Source of the DNA: Chlorokybus atmophyticus
Lineage: Eukaryota; Plantae; Mesostigma and Chlorokybus algae
DNA: 64,000 bases
NCBI GenBank assembly: GCA_009103225.1
Contig: RHPI01000733.1
Span: forward strand, 109,148-173,147
Reading direction: 5' to 3'
The position numbers were made by a program, and so were the translations under genes. The first letter of the stretch is position 1, and every line of letters starts with the position of its first letter. This document shows, in pieces, positions 25,118 to 36,915 of this stretch. The notes under the pieces are model-generated. The model was not told the origin of the DNA and made no database searches. It worked only from the letters and a program-made list of their open reading frames with translations.

Positions 25118-28100
25118 GTGACAGTGGAGGACATTCCCGTGGTTGCCAATGCAACCTCCTGGGACCATGCCATGGGCCCGTTGGCCACCGAAGACACTCG
25201 AGAGAAGCTGAAGGCTCTCCTTAACAAATGGAGGAGCCAATTCAGCTTCAATGTGAAGGAATTGGGTACCAGCTCAGTGTACCAGATGGACATCGAGCTG
25301 GTGGACACTAAGCCGGTGTGCCGACGACAATACAGGCTCTCCAAGTTGGAAGAGGACTTGGTGGAACAGATATGTAAGGCGCTGCTTGATGCAGACCTTA
25401 TCGAAGAGTCCACAGCGGACTTCGCAGCAGCAACCGTCATGCCACTGAAGAAGGATTCAGCAGGCAACTGGGCAGAGCGACGCATGTGTGGCGACTATCG
25501 CCCCCTCAACAACAAGACCAAGCAAGACCGGTACCCCATGCCCACAGCAGAGGGTATCTTTGATGATGTGGGAGACTGCACAGTCTTCAGCATCCTGGAC
25601 ATGCGTCAGGGGTACAACCAAATCGCCATCAAGGACGAGGACAAGCACAAGACCTCCTTCTGGGGCAACCGACAGTTGTACCAATGGAAGGTAATGCCGT
25701 TCGGGCTGAAGAACGCCCCCGCCAAGTTTCAACGCGTCATGGACAAAGCCTTGAAGGGGCTGGACTGCGCGCGGTGCTACATCGATGACATCCTCATCTT
25801 CAGCCGCAGCAATGAGGAGCATCTTCAGCACATTGAAGCGGTGCTGGAACGACTCAAGGGAGTGGGGATGACCGTACACCCCGACAAGTGTACCTTGTTC
25901 TCCCACAAGGTGCCGTACTTAGGGCACATGATTGTGCCCCATGGTGTGTATGTGCAGCAGGCAAAAGTAGAGGCTCTGGCAGCTATCCCTGCCCCAACAG
26001 ACCTCACACGTCTGCGCACTTTCTTGGGACTTGCCAACTACTATCGCCGGTTCGTGAAGGACTTCGCGAAGATCGCAAGGCCCCTCGACGAGCTACTGAA
26101 GAAGGAGGTGGAGTTCGCGTGGAAGGAGCCGCAACAGCAGGCTTTCGAGGAGCGGAAGAGCAGGCTCACCAGCGCTCCCATCCTTCAACGTCCAGACTAC
26201 GCCAAGCCTTTCATCCTTCACACCGACTGGAGCAAGCGGGGGATGGGAGCGGTGCTGGTGCAGCACGATGAGAACAAGAAGGAGCGGGTGGTGTCATACG
26301 TCAGCCGAAGCAACAACAGCGCCGAGGCCAACTACAGCAGCCATGAAGGGGAGTACCTCGCTGCAGTGTGGGCCATCTCCTTCTTCCGACCTTTCCTCAT
26401 TGGTCGACAGTTCCAGCTGATCACCGATCATCAGCCCCTCAAGTGGCTGATGACCAACCAACATCTGACAGGGAAACTTGCTCGATGGGCCCTGCTATTG
26501 CAGGAATACGACTTCGAGATCGACCACCGCGCTGGCCTCACCAACCAAGACGCCGATGGCCTCAGTCGCAACCCTCACCTCAGCACCATCGACGCAGCTG
26601 AAGCTCGGCATGAGCTCGTCCCTTCAGCAACAGCCCCCACCATGGCAGCGATGTTTGATGCTGCCGCATTGCGCTCAGGGCGCAAGACCAACACCACGGC
26701 CTCAGCAGTGGCAGAGAAGATTCCTGCCCTTGAGTCTACCGGCCCTGCGGCAACCACACCCTTGGGAGACGCCCACGCAGCCGACATTTACGTCGATGAC
26801 ACAGAGCTGGCGCCCACGGACACCGGGCAGGATATATGGCAGGACAAGCCATTACTCTCCTTTCTTCAAAGTGGTCAGCTTCCCTCCGGCATGAGCGCCC
26901 GAGAGAAGGACCGAGTCACCCAACACACCCGTCACTATCAATGGGCAAGTGCCAAGCTGTATCGCTTCCACAACGAAGACAAGGAAGTGCCGACACCGGT
27001 CACGCGCGAGGGCATCATCACTTCCCTCCACATTGAGCTTGGACACTTCGGTGTCAAGCGTACAGTCAGCCTAGTGCGGGCACAATATTGGTGGTATGGG
27101 TTAACAAAACAGGTGCAGGGGTTCGTCAGCCACTGCCAGCAGTGTGACATGGTGTGCGCCAGCCTCAACACGCGTAGCGCCACCTTGCACCCACTCCCCA
27201 TCTCCGGTCTCTTTTACCGATGGGGACTCGACATCTTGGGGGACTTGGCACCCTCAGCGCGTGGCAACCGTTACATCCTGGTCATAATCGAGCACTTCTC
27301 CAAATGGGTGGAGCTGGTACCATTGCCCGACAAGAGCAGCAGGGGGGTGTCTCAAGCCTTCCTCTCTCACGTTTCCAGCCGATTTGGCAGCTGCGCCGAG
27401 GTCATCACTGACCAAGGTACTGAGTTCAGAGGGGAATTCGACACCCTCTTGGACAAATGTTACATCGACCACCGCCGTACCTCGCGTGATCACCCTCAAG
27501 CCGACGGCCTCGCCGAGCGTACAGTACAGACCATCAAGAAGGCACTCCGCAAGTACGTGCTGGAGTACGAGAAGAACACTTGGGATGATCACCTCCCGTG
27601 GGTGGCCCTCGGATATCGATATTCAAAACAGGCGGCTCTGCGGGAGTACAGCCCGTACTACCTGCTGTTCGGGCGACCACCATTGCTCCCCTTCCGGGCG
27701 CAGCAGAAGGTGGATCGCGTCGTAAACAACCTCGACGACCTTGACTGGATGCACCACGACATCACCACGCGCGCCGCGCTTTTCGAGCGCACCGTCCCCA
27801 TGGCCTTCAACAACCTGCGCATCGCGCAGCATCGCGACACGCTGCGCTACGAGCGCGTACGCAGCGGCTTCTACAAGGAGCGCCAACGGCGGTTCCAAGC
27901 GGGGGACTTTGCCTATCGCATGGCAGCCACCAAAGACACGCTTGACACCTCCGTAGGCCGCACCGTCTACAAGGTACTCAAAGTGTACCCCACAGGGGTG
28001 CTGGACCTCCTTGGTCAAAACGGAGAGAGGTTGAAGGACAACATGGTGACCTGTGCGCCATGTCACCTTCCTTATGTAGCCGGCTTCGGGCGTATTCAAC

Positions 28101-28291
28101 ACCCTTGTCCCGCGCGCAGCACACGCTGTGAACGCTGCGGCAGCGACGGCGACAACGCACTCATGATGCTTTGCGATGGCTGCAACAAGGGCCTGCATTG
28201 CTACTGCCTGGAGCCACCTTTGGACACAATACCTATGGAGGAATATTGGTGCAACGATTGCCGTACCAACGGCCCTCCTCACTTGCGCTAG
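25118..28291 (+). CDS. Reverse transcriptase - RNase H - integrase - PHD finger polyprotein (1057 aa, uninterrupted)
   Basis: RT: RMCGDYRPLN, LDMRQGYNQI, MPFGLKNAP, YIDDILIFS, YLGH. RNase H: LHTDWS..GMGAVL, EGE.LA, ITDHQPL. IN: H-x4-H..CQQC zinc finger, WGLDILG, ITDQGTEF, QADGLAER. C4-H-C3 PHD at 28127-28261. Confidence 0.97.
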   Translation: MTVEDIPVVANATSWDHAMGPLATEDTREKLKALLNKWRSQFSFNVKELGTSSVYQMDIELVDTKPVCRRQYRLSKLEEDLVEQICKALLDADLIEESTADFAAATVMPLKKDSAGNWAERRMCGDYRPLNNKTKQDRYPMPTAEGIFDDVGDCTVFSILDMRQGYNQIAIKDEDKHKTSFWGNRQLYQWKVMPFGLKNAPAKFQRVMDKALKGLDCARCYIDDILIFSRSNEEHLQHIEAVLERLKGVGMTVHPDKCTLFSHKVPYLGHMIVPHGVYVQQAKVEALAAIPAPTDLTRLRTFLGLANYYRRFVKDFAKIARPLDELLKKEVEFAWKEPQQQAFEERKSRLTSAPILQRPDYAKPFILHTDWSKRGMGAVLVQHDENKKERVVSYVSRSNNSAEANYSSHEGEYLAAVWAISFFRPFLIGRQFQLITDHQPLKWLMTNQHLTGKLARWALLLQEYDFEIDHRAGLTNQDADGLSRNPHLSTIDAAEARHELVPSATAPTMAAMFDAAALRSGRKTNTTASAVAEKIPALESTGPAATTPLGDAHAADIYVDDTELAPTDTGQDIWQDKPLLSFLQSGQLPSGMSAREKDRVTQHTRHYQWASAKLYRFHNEDKEVPTPVTREGIITSLHIELGHFGVKRTVSLVRAQYWWYGLTKQVQGFVSHCQQCDMVCASLNTRSATLHPLPISGLFYRWGLDILGDLAPSARGNRYILVIIEHFSKWVELVPLPDKSSRGVSQAFLSHVSSRFGSCAEVITDQGTEFRGEFDTLLDKCYIDHRRTSRDHPQADGLAERTVQTIKKALRKYVLEYEKNTWDDHLPWVALGYRYSKQAALREYSPYYLLFGRPPLLPFRAQQKVDRVVNNLDDLDWMHHDITTRAALFERTVPMAFNNLRIAQHRDTLRYERVRSGFYKERQRRFQAGDFAYRMAATKDTLDTSVGRTVYKVLKVYPTGVLDLLGQNGERLKDNMVTCAPCHLPYVAGFGRIQHPCPARSTRCERCGSDGDNALMMLCDGCNKGLHCYCLEPPLDTIPMEEYWCNDCRTNGPPHLR

Positions 28292-29213
28292 CAGCTGAGC
28301 TCTGAAGCTGGAACCTCCCCCAGAGCCCAGGGGGGGTGGCTTGTTGACTTTGTGTGCTACAGCACAGCATGTACACTAGGGAGAACACCAACTCCACCTG
28401 CCCGTACTACCCAGCAGCAGCACACCAGCTGCACGAAGCACTTGTCACCATGAGGGTTGCGGTCATCTTTCGGTTTTTGCTGCGCGTTACACAGGTGGCG
28501 CAGCAGCATGTCCAGCACCGCATGGCTGTCCATGCAGCTGTCCGAGACAGCGTGACCCTCGACTCCCCTCGACCCGACAGAGCGTATGTCAGCGTTCACT
28601 AGACTGCGCTAAGCTTGGCCGAGCCCAAATGGTCAGCGCAACAGTGATCATGCATACCAACATCAAGCATGTTCGTGCATGTTACAACAGTGTTGAAAGG
28701 TGGTGTTCGTCATGCGAGGTGTGCAGGCTCAAGTTGCGCCTTTGAAGGCTGCATTGGCGGTTTCCGTAAGGCTTGGAGTTGCGTAGCTGTAGTTTTGTGC
28801 TATATACTAGCCCTTGTGGATAGATCTAATAGAACCGGATTCTGGATTGTATACGCATGTCCAATCGCATCCAATATATATCACTATGTACCGCGGCATT
28901 ACCCATGCATATATTGATAATGTCATTTACTTTCTCTATATAATGCAAAGTTGCATGCTGGCTACTATGCCCATAAAGATCTTGATAATGTCGCAAACAA
29001 TATCTACAATACCCATCTGCATGCGAGGAAGAATGACTGTATATGACTGTGAGCAGAATATACAATATAGATGCACAAAGCATTATGGTAGACACTTATA
29101 ACTATATTGTAGGCGACACTTTCGGACATGTGTCATGATTTTATCAAGATATTCATGGACAACATTCTGGATACTGTATACGTCAATATCAATTTTGTAG
29201 CATTGTTGATGGA

Positions 29214-32200
29214 TTAGTTTTCACGGGTAAACTTATGTGGCGGGTCCGCAAAAAAGATACTAACCTTGATACAAACCATATGCATATGAATTTTGCAGAT
29301 ATCTACAATCCTAGGGGCAGTTTGTAGTGCGTCCAAGTGCCAGGGCCAAGTGACTGTGGTCTCCCTGCAAGCCGTGCGGCACTTTGCAGCTGTGTAGGCC
29401 GAGAGGGCGTTGACCAGACCGTAACCCTGTGAATGGGATGCGGGTGTGAGATGGCAGCTCATTGTGTGTGTGTGCGTGTGCGCATGCATGACTTGAAGGG
29501 TCTGCACTATCAGGGGCAGGTGCTGTGCGTGTGTTCACCCACCGTGGCGAAGTCAAAGGAGTAGTCGAAGAAGTCTGTGTACCGGCTGTCCATGTCGTCA
29601 GTGGTCAAACGCAAGATGTTGTAGAGGGCATCCGGCGTCAGTGAAGGCTTGGCTTGTAGCAACAGTGCTGCAAAGGCGCCAGCGTGAGCCGCCGCCGCAC
29701 GGGTACCAAAGAAGTTTGGCAGGCCGTTGCCGTCATTATCTGAGCGGAAAAAGGTTGTGTCAGCGCCATCAGGCGCTGTGGCATCAGGTTTACGGCGTAT
29801 CACAGGTGTGTCAAGCCTGCTCACGAGCAAAATGACCGTGAGTTGCAATCAAGCATTGCAGTATGACAGCAAAGACCCAAACTCTAATGTCGCCTTGTTC
29901 CTGATAAACTGAAAGCGATTGATATTCCACCGCGCGAGCTAGAGGCCTCAATTGTGGCGGGATTAACACCATATGGAGGCGTTTGCTGATAGCTTTACAG
30001 TATATACACATATCATGCAAGTTGATGTATACTGCAGATACCGGTATTCGGCTGCAAATGAGGTGCGGCTTACCTAGCAGCAAGAATAGAAAAAAAAAAA
30101 ATAGAAAAAAAAAAGAGCCATCAGCGTTGCATGGCCAAAACTTGTAGCTGAGTAGGTATACTGGTATAGTGGGCCATCATAGGCACCTCATGAGCCGTAG
30201 TACACGTACTTGACATTGCCCGGGATGGGCCCTGAATTTCTCTTGATGGCAATATAGTAACTGACTGCAAAGTCGGAGGAGGGTATATCGGAGTTGTCAA
30301 GGGTAACCATCTGCATATGGAAGATTGATGAGCTGTTGAAAGCAATTGGCCACCATCAAATGGCCGCTAACCGCTGCGCTTACCGCAACCGGGTTGCCGT
30401 TTGTATTATCCGCAACATCACCAGCAAAGTACGTGTACCCTGGTGCAGATTGGTATTCATTATCCAACGTGTACACCTCAAGGTCAAGGTCGCTAGCCGA
30501 GGCGCCGACGGGCTGCAAGCACACCAATGCTGTGTGAGCCCGCATTGTTGACAACACCGTTGGGCCATACAAGACAAAGCACGTTATGTAACTGCTTACT
30601 TGATCCCATTGAAGAACAATTGGGACGCGCTCACCAGCTCCTACGTAAAACAACTGCACGTTGCAGCCTTATGTGTACGTAGCTGCACGACTGATCAAGT
30701 TGTAATCGCAATATGATTCCAATCGCATTGTCCAAACACATAACAGCCCTCAGAACCCATGGCACGTAGAGGTTGCCCACGATTGACGCGCCTGCGTACA
30801 CCACCATCGTGATGGTGTGAGAAGCTGAGGGCTTAAACATTGTGTCGCAGCACGCATGCTTGAACACAACAATCATAAGGCTAACATTGTTCCCGGCACT
30901 GGAGAAGTAGAATACGCCCCTGGCCTTCACTTCGTCCACAGCTTGAGCTGAACGGAAGGGCATGACACAAGTGTTGCATACTTTTGGCTACAGCGATGTC
31001 TACATATGTATGGAACCCACTCACCAATAATGCCATCCTGGAAGAACGGCTCCGTGTCGTATGTCATGTCATCAATTATGACCTTGCACCCAGATGCTTG
31101 CAACGACCTGATACCTGCAAGCAGGGGTGGGCATACCACCTAGGGTCAGCCTACCCAATAGAACCTACAAGCCATGGTTGCGCGGTTGACACTTTTGCAA
31201 GCGTAAGAAGAGCCTCACCATCGGCGAAATCTGCAATGCCGTCCTTTGCTGAGTAGAAGTAGAGTTGACTATCTGGTGCAACATCATGAACCTGCAGGCA
31301 AGGAAAGCATAAACGGCCGCAGCAATGCGCACACAAGCACACGCGCGTGCGCCTGCATGTGCGCGCGTGACCATCACGTGTGGCGCTCACCAGCTCCAAC
31401 AAAGCTCTTCCCTCGTCAGTACCGTCGGCACTATCCTTGAGGACCAGCACACTGTCAGGTAGATCTCCGCTTGCTGCAACCACCGCGCATGAGAACGGCA
31501 GGCAAGCTCAATCATAGCACATGTACATGCATCTGCTAGGTGTGTGCTGTTGCAACGGCACATCACTTGCTGTGTAAGCGACTTACCCTCACCAGCTGCC
31601 GCTCCACCCAAAGCCTGCACAACGGCGCAACGCGCGTGAGTGGGGTGAATGCTGGATACCCGGCAACAACACAGAATATACCGCATGCACACGTGGACCC
31701 CGCGCACAGCCAGTCAGCCCAGCCACGCTGGCTCTGAGGTCACTCGTGCGCATGGCGATGTCACCTGCGATGCACGCTGCCCGCATGCATGATGTGCTGC
31801 GACCTGGTGGCGAAGCCATGGGCTGAAAGGTCGCTGAGGTGAGAGAGAGCGGACACAGGCAGCGTGACGCTGACATGGTTGTCAGACACGGACACGCGCT
31901 TCCCGCGCTGCTTCTTCAGCGCTGATGCCTGGCCGGCATTGGCGATGGTGTCGATGAGGACGTAATCCACGCCGTCAATCGTCGTGGTGCCGGCCAGAGT
32001 CACCTGCGGCAACCACCACAGGGGTTCAGCAAACAGGCGCAGCATGCTAAGCGACCCATGCACGATGCGCAGCTTTACTGCACAGAGCAAGGCAGCGGAG
32101 GCAGGGCAGATGCAAAACAAGCAGCTCAGCTCGCAGTCACATCCGCATACAAGCCGGCAGCTGATCAGCACAGAAATCCTGCGCGACTGACAGACAGCAA

Positions 32201-32228
32201 GCACGCAAGCAAGCAGCAAGAACCTCAC
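29214..32228 (-). pseudogene. Secreted bacterial-type S8/S53-like serine peptidase gene with spliceosomal introns; catalytic Ser replaced and frameshifted
   Basis: Signal-like MRFLLLACVLAV. Exons encode ASGDLP..VLKD..GTDEGRALLELVHDVAP, DFADG-IRSL..GCKVIIDDMTY..EPFFQDGII-AQAVDEV..GVFYFSSAGNN, IVLQWD, KPDATAPDG..TTFF, FFGTRAAAAHAG (canonical GTSAAAPH) and GYGLVNA. Frame disruption near 31760-31780. Confidence 0.85.
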
Positions 32229-35200
32229 CTCGGAGGCGCTGCTGCTGGCGCTGGTGGCAGATGCGGTGCGGCGTAGGCCCTGTGCTTAACAGGTTACAGT
32301 ATAGTAGTACGTTAAACTGCTTGCTGATCAGGCGCCAAGCCAGCTGCTCTCCGCCGCCTCCCGTTTGCACACGGTCCTTGCAATGCGGAAACCTGTTCGG
32401 TAGGATAGCTATAGCTGTGTGCGGCGAAGGCGGCATCATGATGCAACGCTATTGCTCAGAGCATGATTAGAGCGTAGCCCTTGAGTTGTACAATGCTGCA
32501 CTGCGGCCGAGTGCAACTTGCAGGTGCTACCTAGTAATGCCCTGCAGCAGATCATGCTGGGCAGTACTAGTGCATGTGTGCTAAATGCCATCAGGTTGAA
32601 CGGAAGGGGTTCCATCACGCGCGAAAACTACGTTCGTTTTCACTAACAGTAGGTCTATCTTAGCCCTCTCAGCGTCAGCCCGCTTTTTCTCACGCTGTGA
32701 GCCAGCGTCACGCGTGCAGTGTGTAAGCATGCGCTGTCGATGTCGCCTGGAGTTCACAACCAATCAGAGCTTTCAAAGAAATGCACCTCCTGTGGAAGCC
32801 TCCGCCAGCCGCTGGCGGAGACGGGCGCGCCCGCTGCTGACAGGTTGCGCAGCCTTCAAACGCACAACCGCATTGTACATAAGTAGGCGACTAACAGGAG
32901 CGTCGGCCAACGTGCCTGGTGCGGAGAGCGGCTTTGTCGGATCCAGTCTGCGCGTGCGGGGATATCAACTCCAGTACTGCTCAACAGGTTGGTGTGCACG
33001 TTGACGAGGCGGTTCTCAGCACACCGAATATCGCGGCACGTTGGAGACGGTGCGTGTGTGCGTGTGTGTGCGTGTGCGAGCGTGTGTATACGCATCATTT
33101 GCATCTGGACACCTTCTCACTAGTTCGAAACACCCGCAAGGCCATGCGCGCCTGCAGAATCCCAACCAACCAACCCCGCCACACAGGATAGTGCGCATGT
33201 GTGCGCATGTGTGTGTCATACAGCATCAGCAAGTGTGTAAGACATGACAATGCAAGCGTGCACAATACAGCATCATTATCAACAACAACAACAACTATTC
33301 CCCGCAATTGGGGCTGGACCAGGTGGGAAAGTTGAACTTGCAAGCAGATGTGCCCGTTACTCAACACCTCCGCCAGCAACAGCACTTTCGTCAACACCTT
33401 GTTGTATATTACCAAAAGGTGTGGTTTGCACGCTGTCGTGTGGTAAAGGAACCCGCGCCCACACCCGCACCCACCCAAATCTACCCACACCCCACGCACA
33501 TTTATTCATACATCCACTTCTCCCTTACTTGCAGCCCGACAGCGCGCGCGCGGTTGCGTGGCCATCTAAGTGCCCTGTCAGTGACATGACAAAAAACGCC
33601 GCAAGCGCTTCCTCTTGAGAATTATTATGTTGTGTCGTGTCCTCTGCGCGGAAGGACTGACTGAGCCAACATGCCGGAGCTGACGCCATACACGTGGGTC
33701 TTTGGGGTATGTTTTCCAAAATGAGGGCGTCTATCTCGTGTGTGAGTTGCATGCAACTGCGTGCACGCGCACGTGCGTGCGTGCGTGGTACTGATATGTT
33801 GTACTTACTCTTTATGACATCACACTTACAGGTGCTTCTTAGAGACCTTGCTGACAGGCGCATGGAGGAGGAAGAACAGGCTGCAGTCAACGCCGAGAAC
33901 AACAACAACAATGACAACAACAACAACCACCCCAACTCCAACACCACAAACACCGCCCACCCGCCCAAACGGAACCCACGACACAGTTCAACAGTCCAAC
34001 ACCACCAACACCAACTCCACCCCCAACCCCAAGTTCATGAACGATTTAAGTCGCACTGTCGCCGCTCAGTCTCAGCTCGAAAAGCGTCGGCAAGATGCGT
34101 GTGTGACAACCGCATCGCGCGTACCGTGTGCGGGGCGAGTGATACTGGATGTACATGTGTCGGTCATGCACTGTGATGCACAACTACCGTGGTTTCCCGG
34201 GCAACCAATGCAAAAAGCAGGTTGCTGTCGTATCACAAGCACACATGTGCACGTGTGCATACATGCACACCCACCCACTTGTCAGGTGTGCATGCGTGCG
34301 CGTCCGTGCGTATACACGCGCACGTACGTATACACGTGCACAGCTACACACACCTGCACACACAGCTTTCAGGGCGCCACCTACGACGTCCACCGAGATC
34401 TTAAGGAATGGCCCTATCTCCATGTCTATCTGGGAGCACGCTGAAGTATTCGACACTACACTACACGACCGAAAGACTACTCCGCCACCTCCAAGTCTTC
34501 TCTGTTGTCCACGGTGACGGCGACAGTGTTGGCATCGAGGTATATATGGACTGCCGGTGTCGATAGCGCAGACGGGAGCCATACTGGCAAGGAGATTGTT
34601 TGAGGGGTGTAAGGGAAATCAACTGGAGGGATCACATCCCGCATCCTCTTTGCTTGGGTTAGTGACACACACACTCATGCAACCTGTTCTTGTATTTCGC
34701 AGGTTGTACATGCGCGCGCACGCGTGTGCGTCCATGCCGTGCGCGTGCTCGTGTATGTCTGCTTGACTTTATATGCTTACATGTGTGTGTCTGTACACAA
34801 GTGCGTTTCTATTTATATGTCTATGTGTTGACATGCCATAGTGTGTGTGCATGTCACAGAGCATAGGGTGTCGTGCACATCACCCTGACGAATGAGTGTT
34901 GGCACATGCAAGAGCTTCTGACAATAGTTGTCGCCGGCTTTGTGTGGCTGCTGGTGTTCACTGCACTGGGCAAGTCCAGCGCAGGCACCGCGACACTCAC
35001 TCACGGTTGGGTTGAGCTTTCGACACAAGCTTTCTGAACTTATACGCGAATGCGACTGCATCGTGCGCCCCCCCCNCCCACGAACTATGCATGTGACATG
35101 CATAGTTCGTAGCATCGCTGTTGCTGTAAGTATGACAGCAGTGAAGTGTATACTCATCGCCAATGCAGGCACGCACAGCCTTGCAGGTTGTCTACAGTCT

Positions 35201-35235
35201 ACTGTTGAATTTGAAAGGGTAAACACATTGTGCAG

Positions 35236-35930
35236 GTGCAGAACATTAGTTCGGATCTTGTCAAGGACAATGTTCTCGCAATGGGAGGCCGTACTGTAAT
35301 GGGCGTCCTGGAAAAATGGGTGAACTTTGGTGCAGGATGGCAGCCTCGCTTCTTTGTGTTACAGGGTGGGGTGTTATCCTACTATAAAGTGCATGGTCAT
35401 CATAAGGCCACCATAACAGAACAGCGTGCACGGCATCCCGATGGCACTGAGGTTATTCTCATTGGTGAGGACACCCTCAAGATGGAACGCAAAGAGCACA
35501 GCAAGGCTGACGGTGGTGGCAAAGATGCGCAAGCTCTTGGTGTCACTTCACTGCAGGTATTCATGCAGCTGTCGCTCAAGACATACAAGCTGCTTGCAGT
35601 TTCTAAAGGCAGCGGTTGACCACACAGGTTGCCACAATTCGCGAGAGTCATGCTGACGACAAGAAATTCTATGTCCACTCTGGCACGAAAACTCTTCATT
35701 TGCGGGCCGGCTCACGTGAAGAACGGGAACAGTGGCTGCAGGAGTTGGATTTAGCCAAAGCCACAACCACAGCTGTTAGCCCAATCACAGTGTCCACAAA
35801 TGCAATTGTCCGGGAAGCAGCCATGTCAGATAGCAACAGCCAACCAGCTGCGTCACCAGTTGGTAGCAATTGCATTTCATCCATTCGCAACAGATTGCAA
35901 AGCTCAGCTGTAGCACCAGCTGTGGTCGAC
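35236..35930 (+). pseudogene. Oxysterol-binding protein-related (plant ORP1/2-type) N-terminal PH-domain fragment, truncated
   Basis: GVLEKWVNFGAGWQPRFFVLQGGVLSYYKVHG...[intron 35557-35627]...IRESHADDKKFYVHSGTKTLHLRAGSREEREQW matches plant ORP PH domains. No sterol-binding domain is found downstream in the window. Confidence 0.85.
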
Positions 35931-36861
35931 TATTGTCCCCCTTCCCCCCCGTGCCTGTGCTGTGCGTGCGTGCGTGTGTGTGCACACTCGCGTGCACTAC
36001 ATTATGAGTTCATACGTAAGCAGTTAGCGTGGCAAGGATTTTGGCTGCAGTGTTGCCACACAACCCATACAGGAACAGCACACAGCCATGATCATGTTGA
36101 CCGTGTTGCCACACAACCCATATAGCTACAACCTCCACTTGTGGCGGTGTAAAGCAACACACTACCATATGGCCGAAAGTGAAGCCTCACCGCACAAGTG
36201 CACCTTACAGATAGGGTACAAATGAGAGTTGTGCTATTGCTGCTAATGAGTCCGTTACGACTACGGTTTCTGTGTCGAAACAACAGCGCGAGAGCACAAC
36301 GTGGTTGGCACCAACATTATATGCATATGTGACTATGCAACATACGCACGTGGCTACGGCCGTTGAGATCTATACACAACAGACCAATCCTCCCATCTTT
36401 GTGAGACAGGCTGATTCAGTATGCATGTGGCGCGCATGGCAGCGAATTTGTCCAGATATACCTCAGCTTCGTGCTTTTGGATGCCCTTCTCCGCGATTGA
36501 TTGAAGTGAACTCGACAAGCACCTAATTCCACCTCAAACCTCCTCCTGACCTGCAAGCAAAGGGGGGTAAAGTGTGATCCATAAGATCCACGATGGAAAA
36601 CGATTGCATGGTTGCGTAAACGCGCTTGAGCATGCTGCAGCGTGGCGGTGTAGCGATAAGCAATGACAGCTTGCGTGTTGACGTGACTGCTTAAAACACA
36701 CACGGATGTATGGACACATATACAGGAACAAACGCACACGCATGAGTGCGCATAAATGCAATATACGTGCGCACACGCACAGAGACACAGACATGCGCAC
36801 AGGTGCAAGCACACGCACACAAACTTGCCTTGACTCTGGCAGCAGTGTCAAAACTCAGCCA

Positions 36862-36866
<5 letters not shown>

Positions 36867-36915
<49 letters not shown>

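Larger units (their letters stand above)
18244..28643 (+). mobile_element. Ty3/Gypsy-type retrotransposon carrying a cytosine DNA methyltransferase and a PHD finger (decayed gag, near-intact pol); boundaries approximate
   Basis: Gag with two CCHC knuckles, aspartic protease (MLDTGA), C5-MTase, RT (YIDD), RNase H, integrase after RT/RH (Ty3 order) and PHD. PPT-like CCCAGGGGGGGTGGC at about 28326-28340. A TGTTG...CAACA segment spans 28342-28643. Confidence 0.92.

Noticed and set aside
28342-28643. TGTTG...CAACA segment as the 3' member of a normal LTR pair
   Set aside because: No corresponding copy found at the 5' end; only a 15-bp match and scattered short words.
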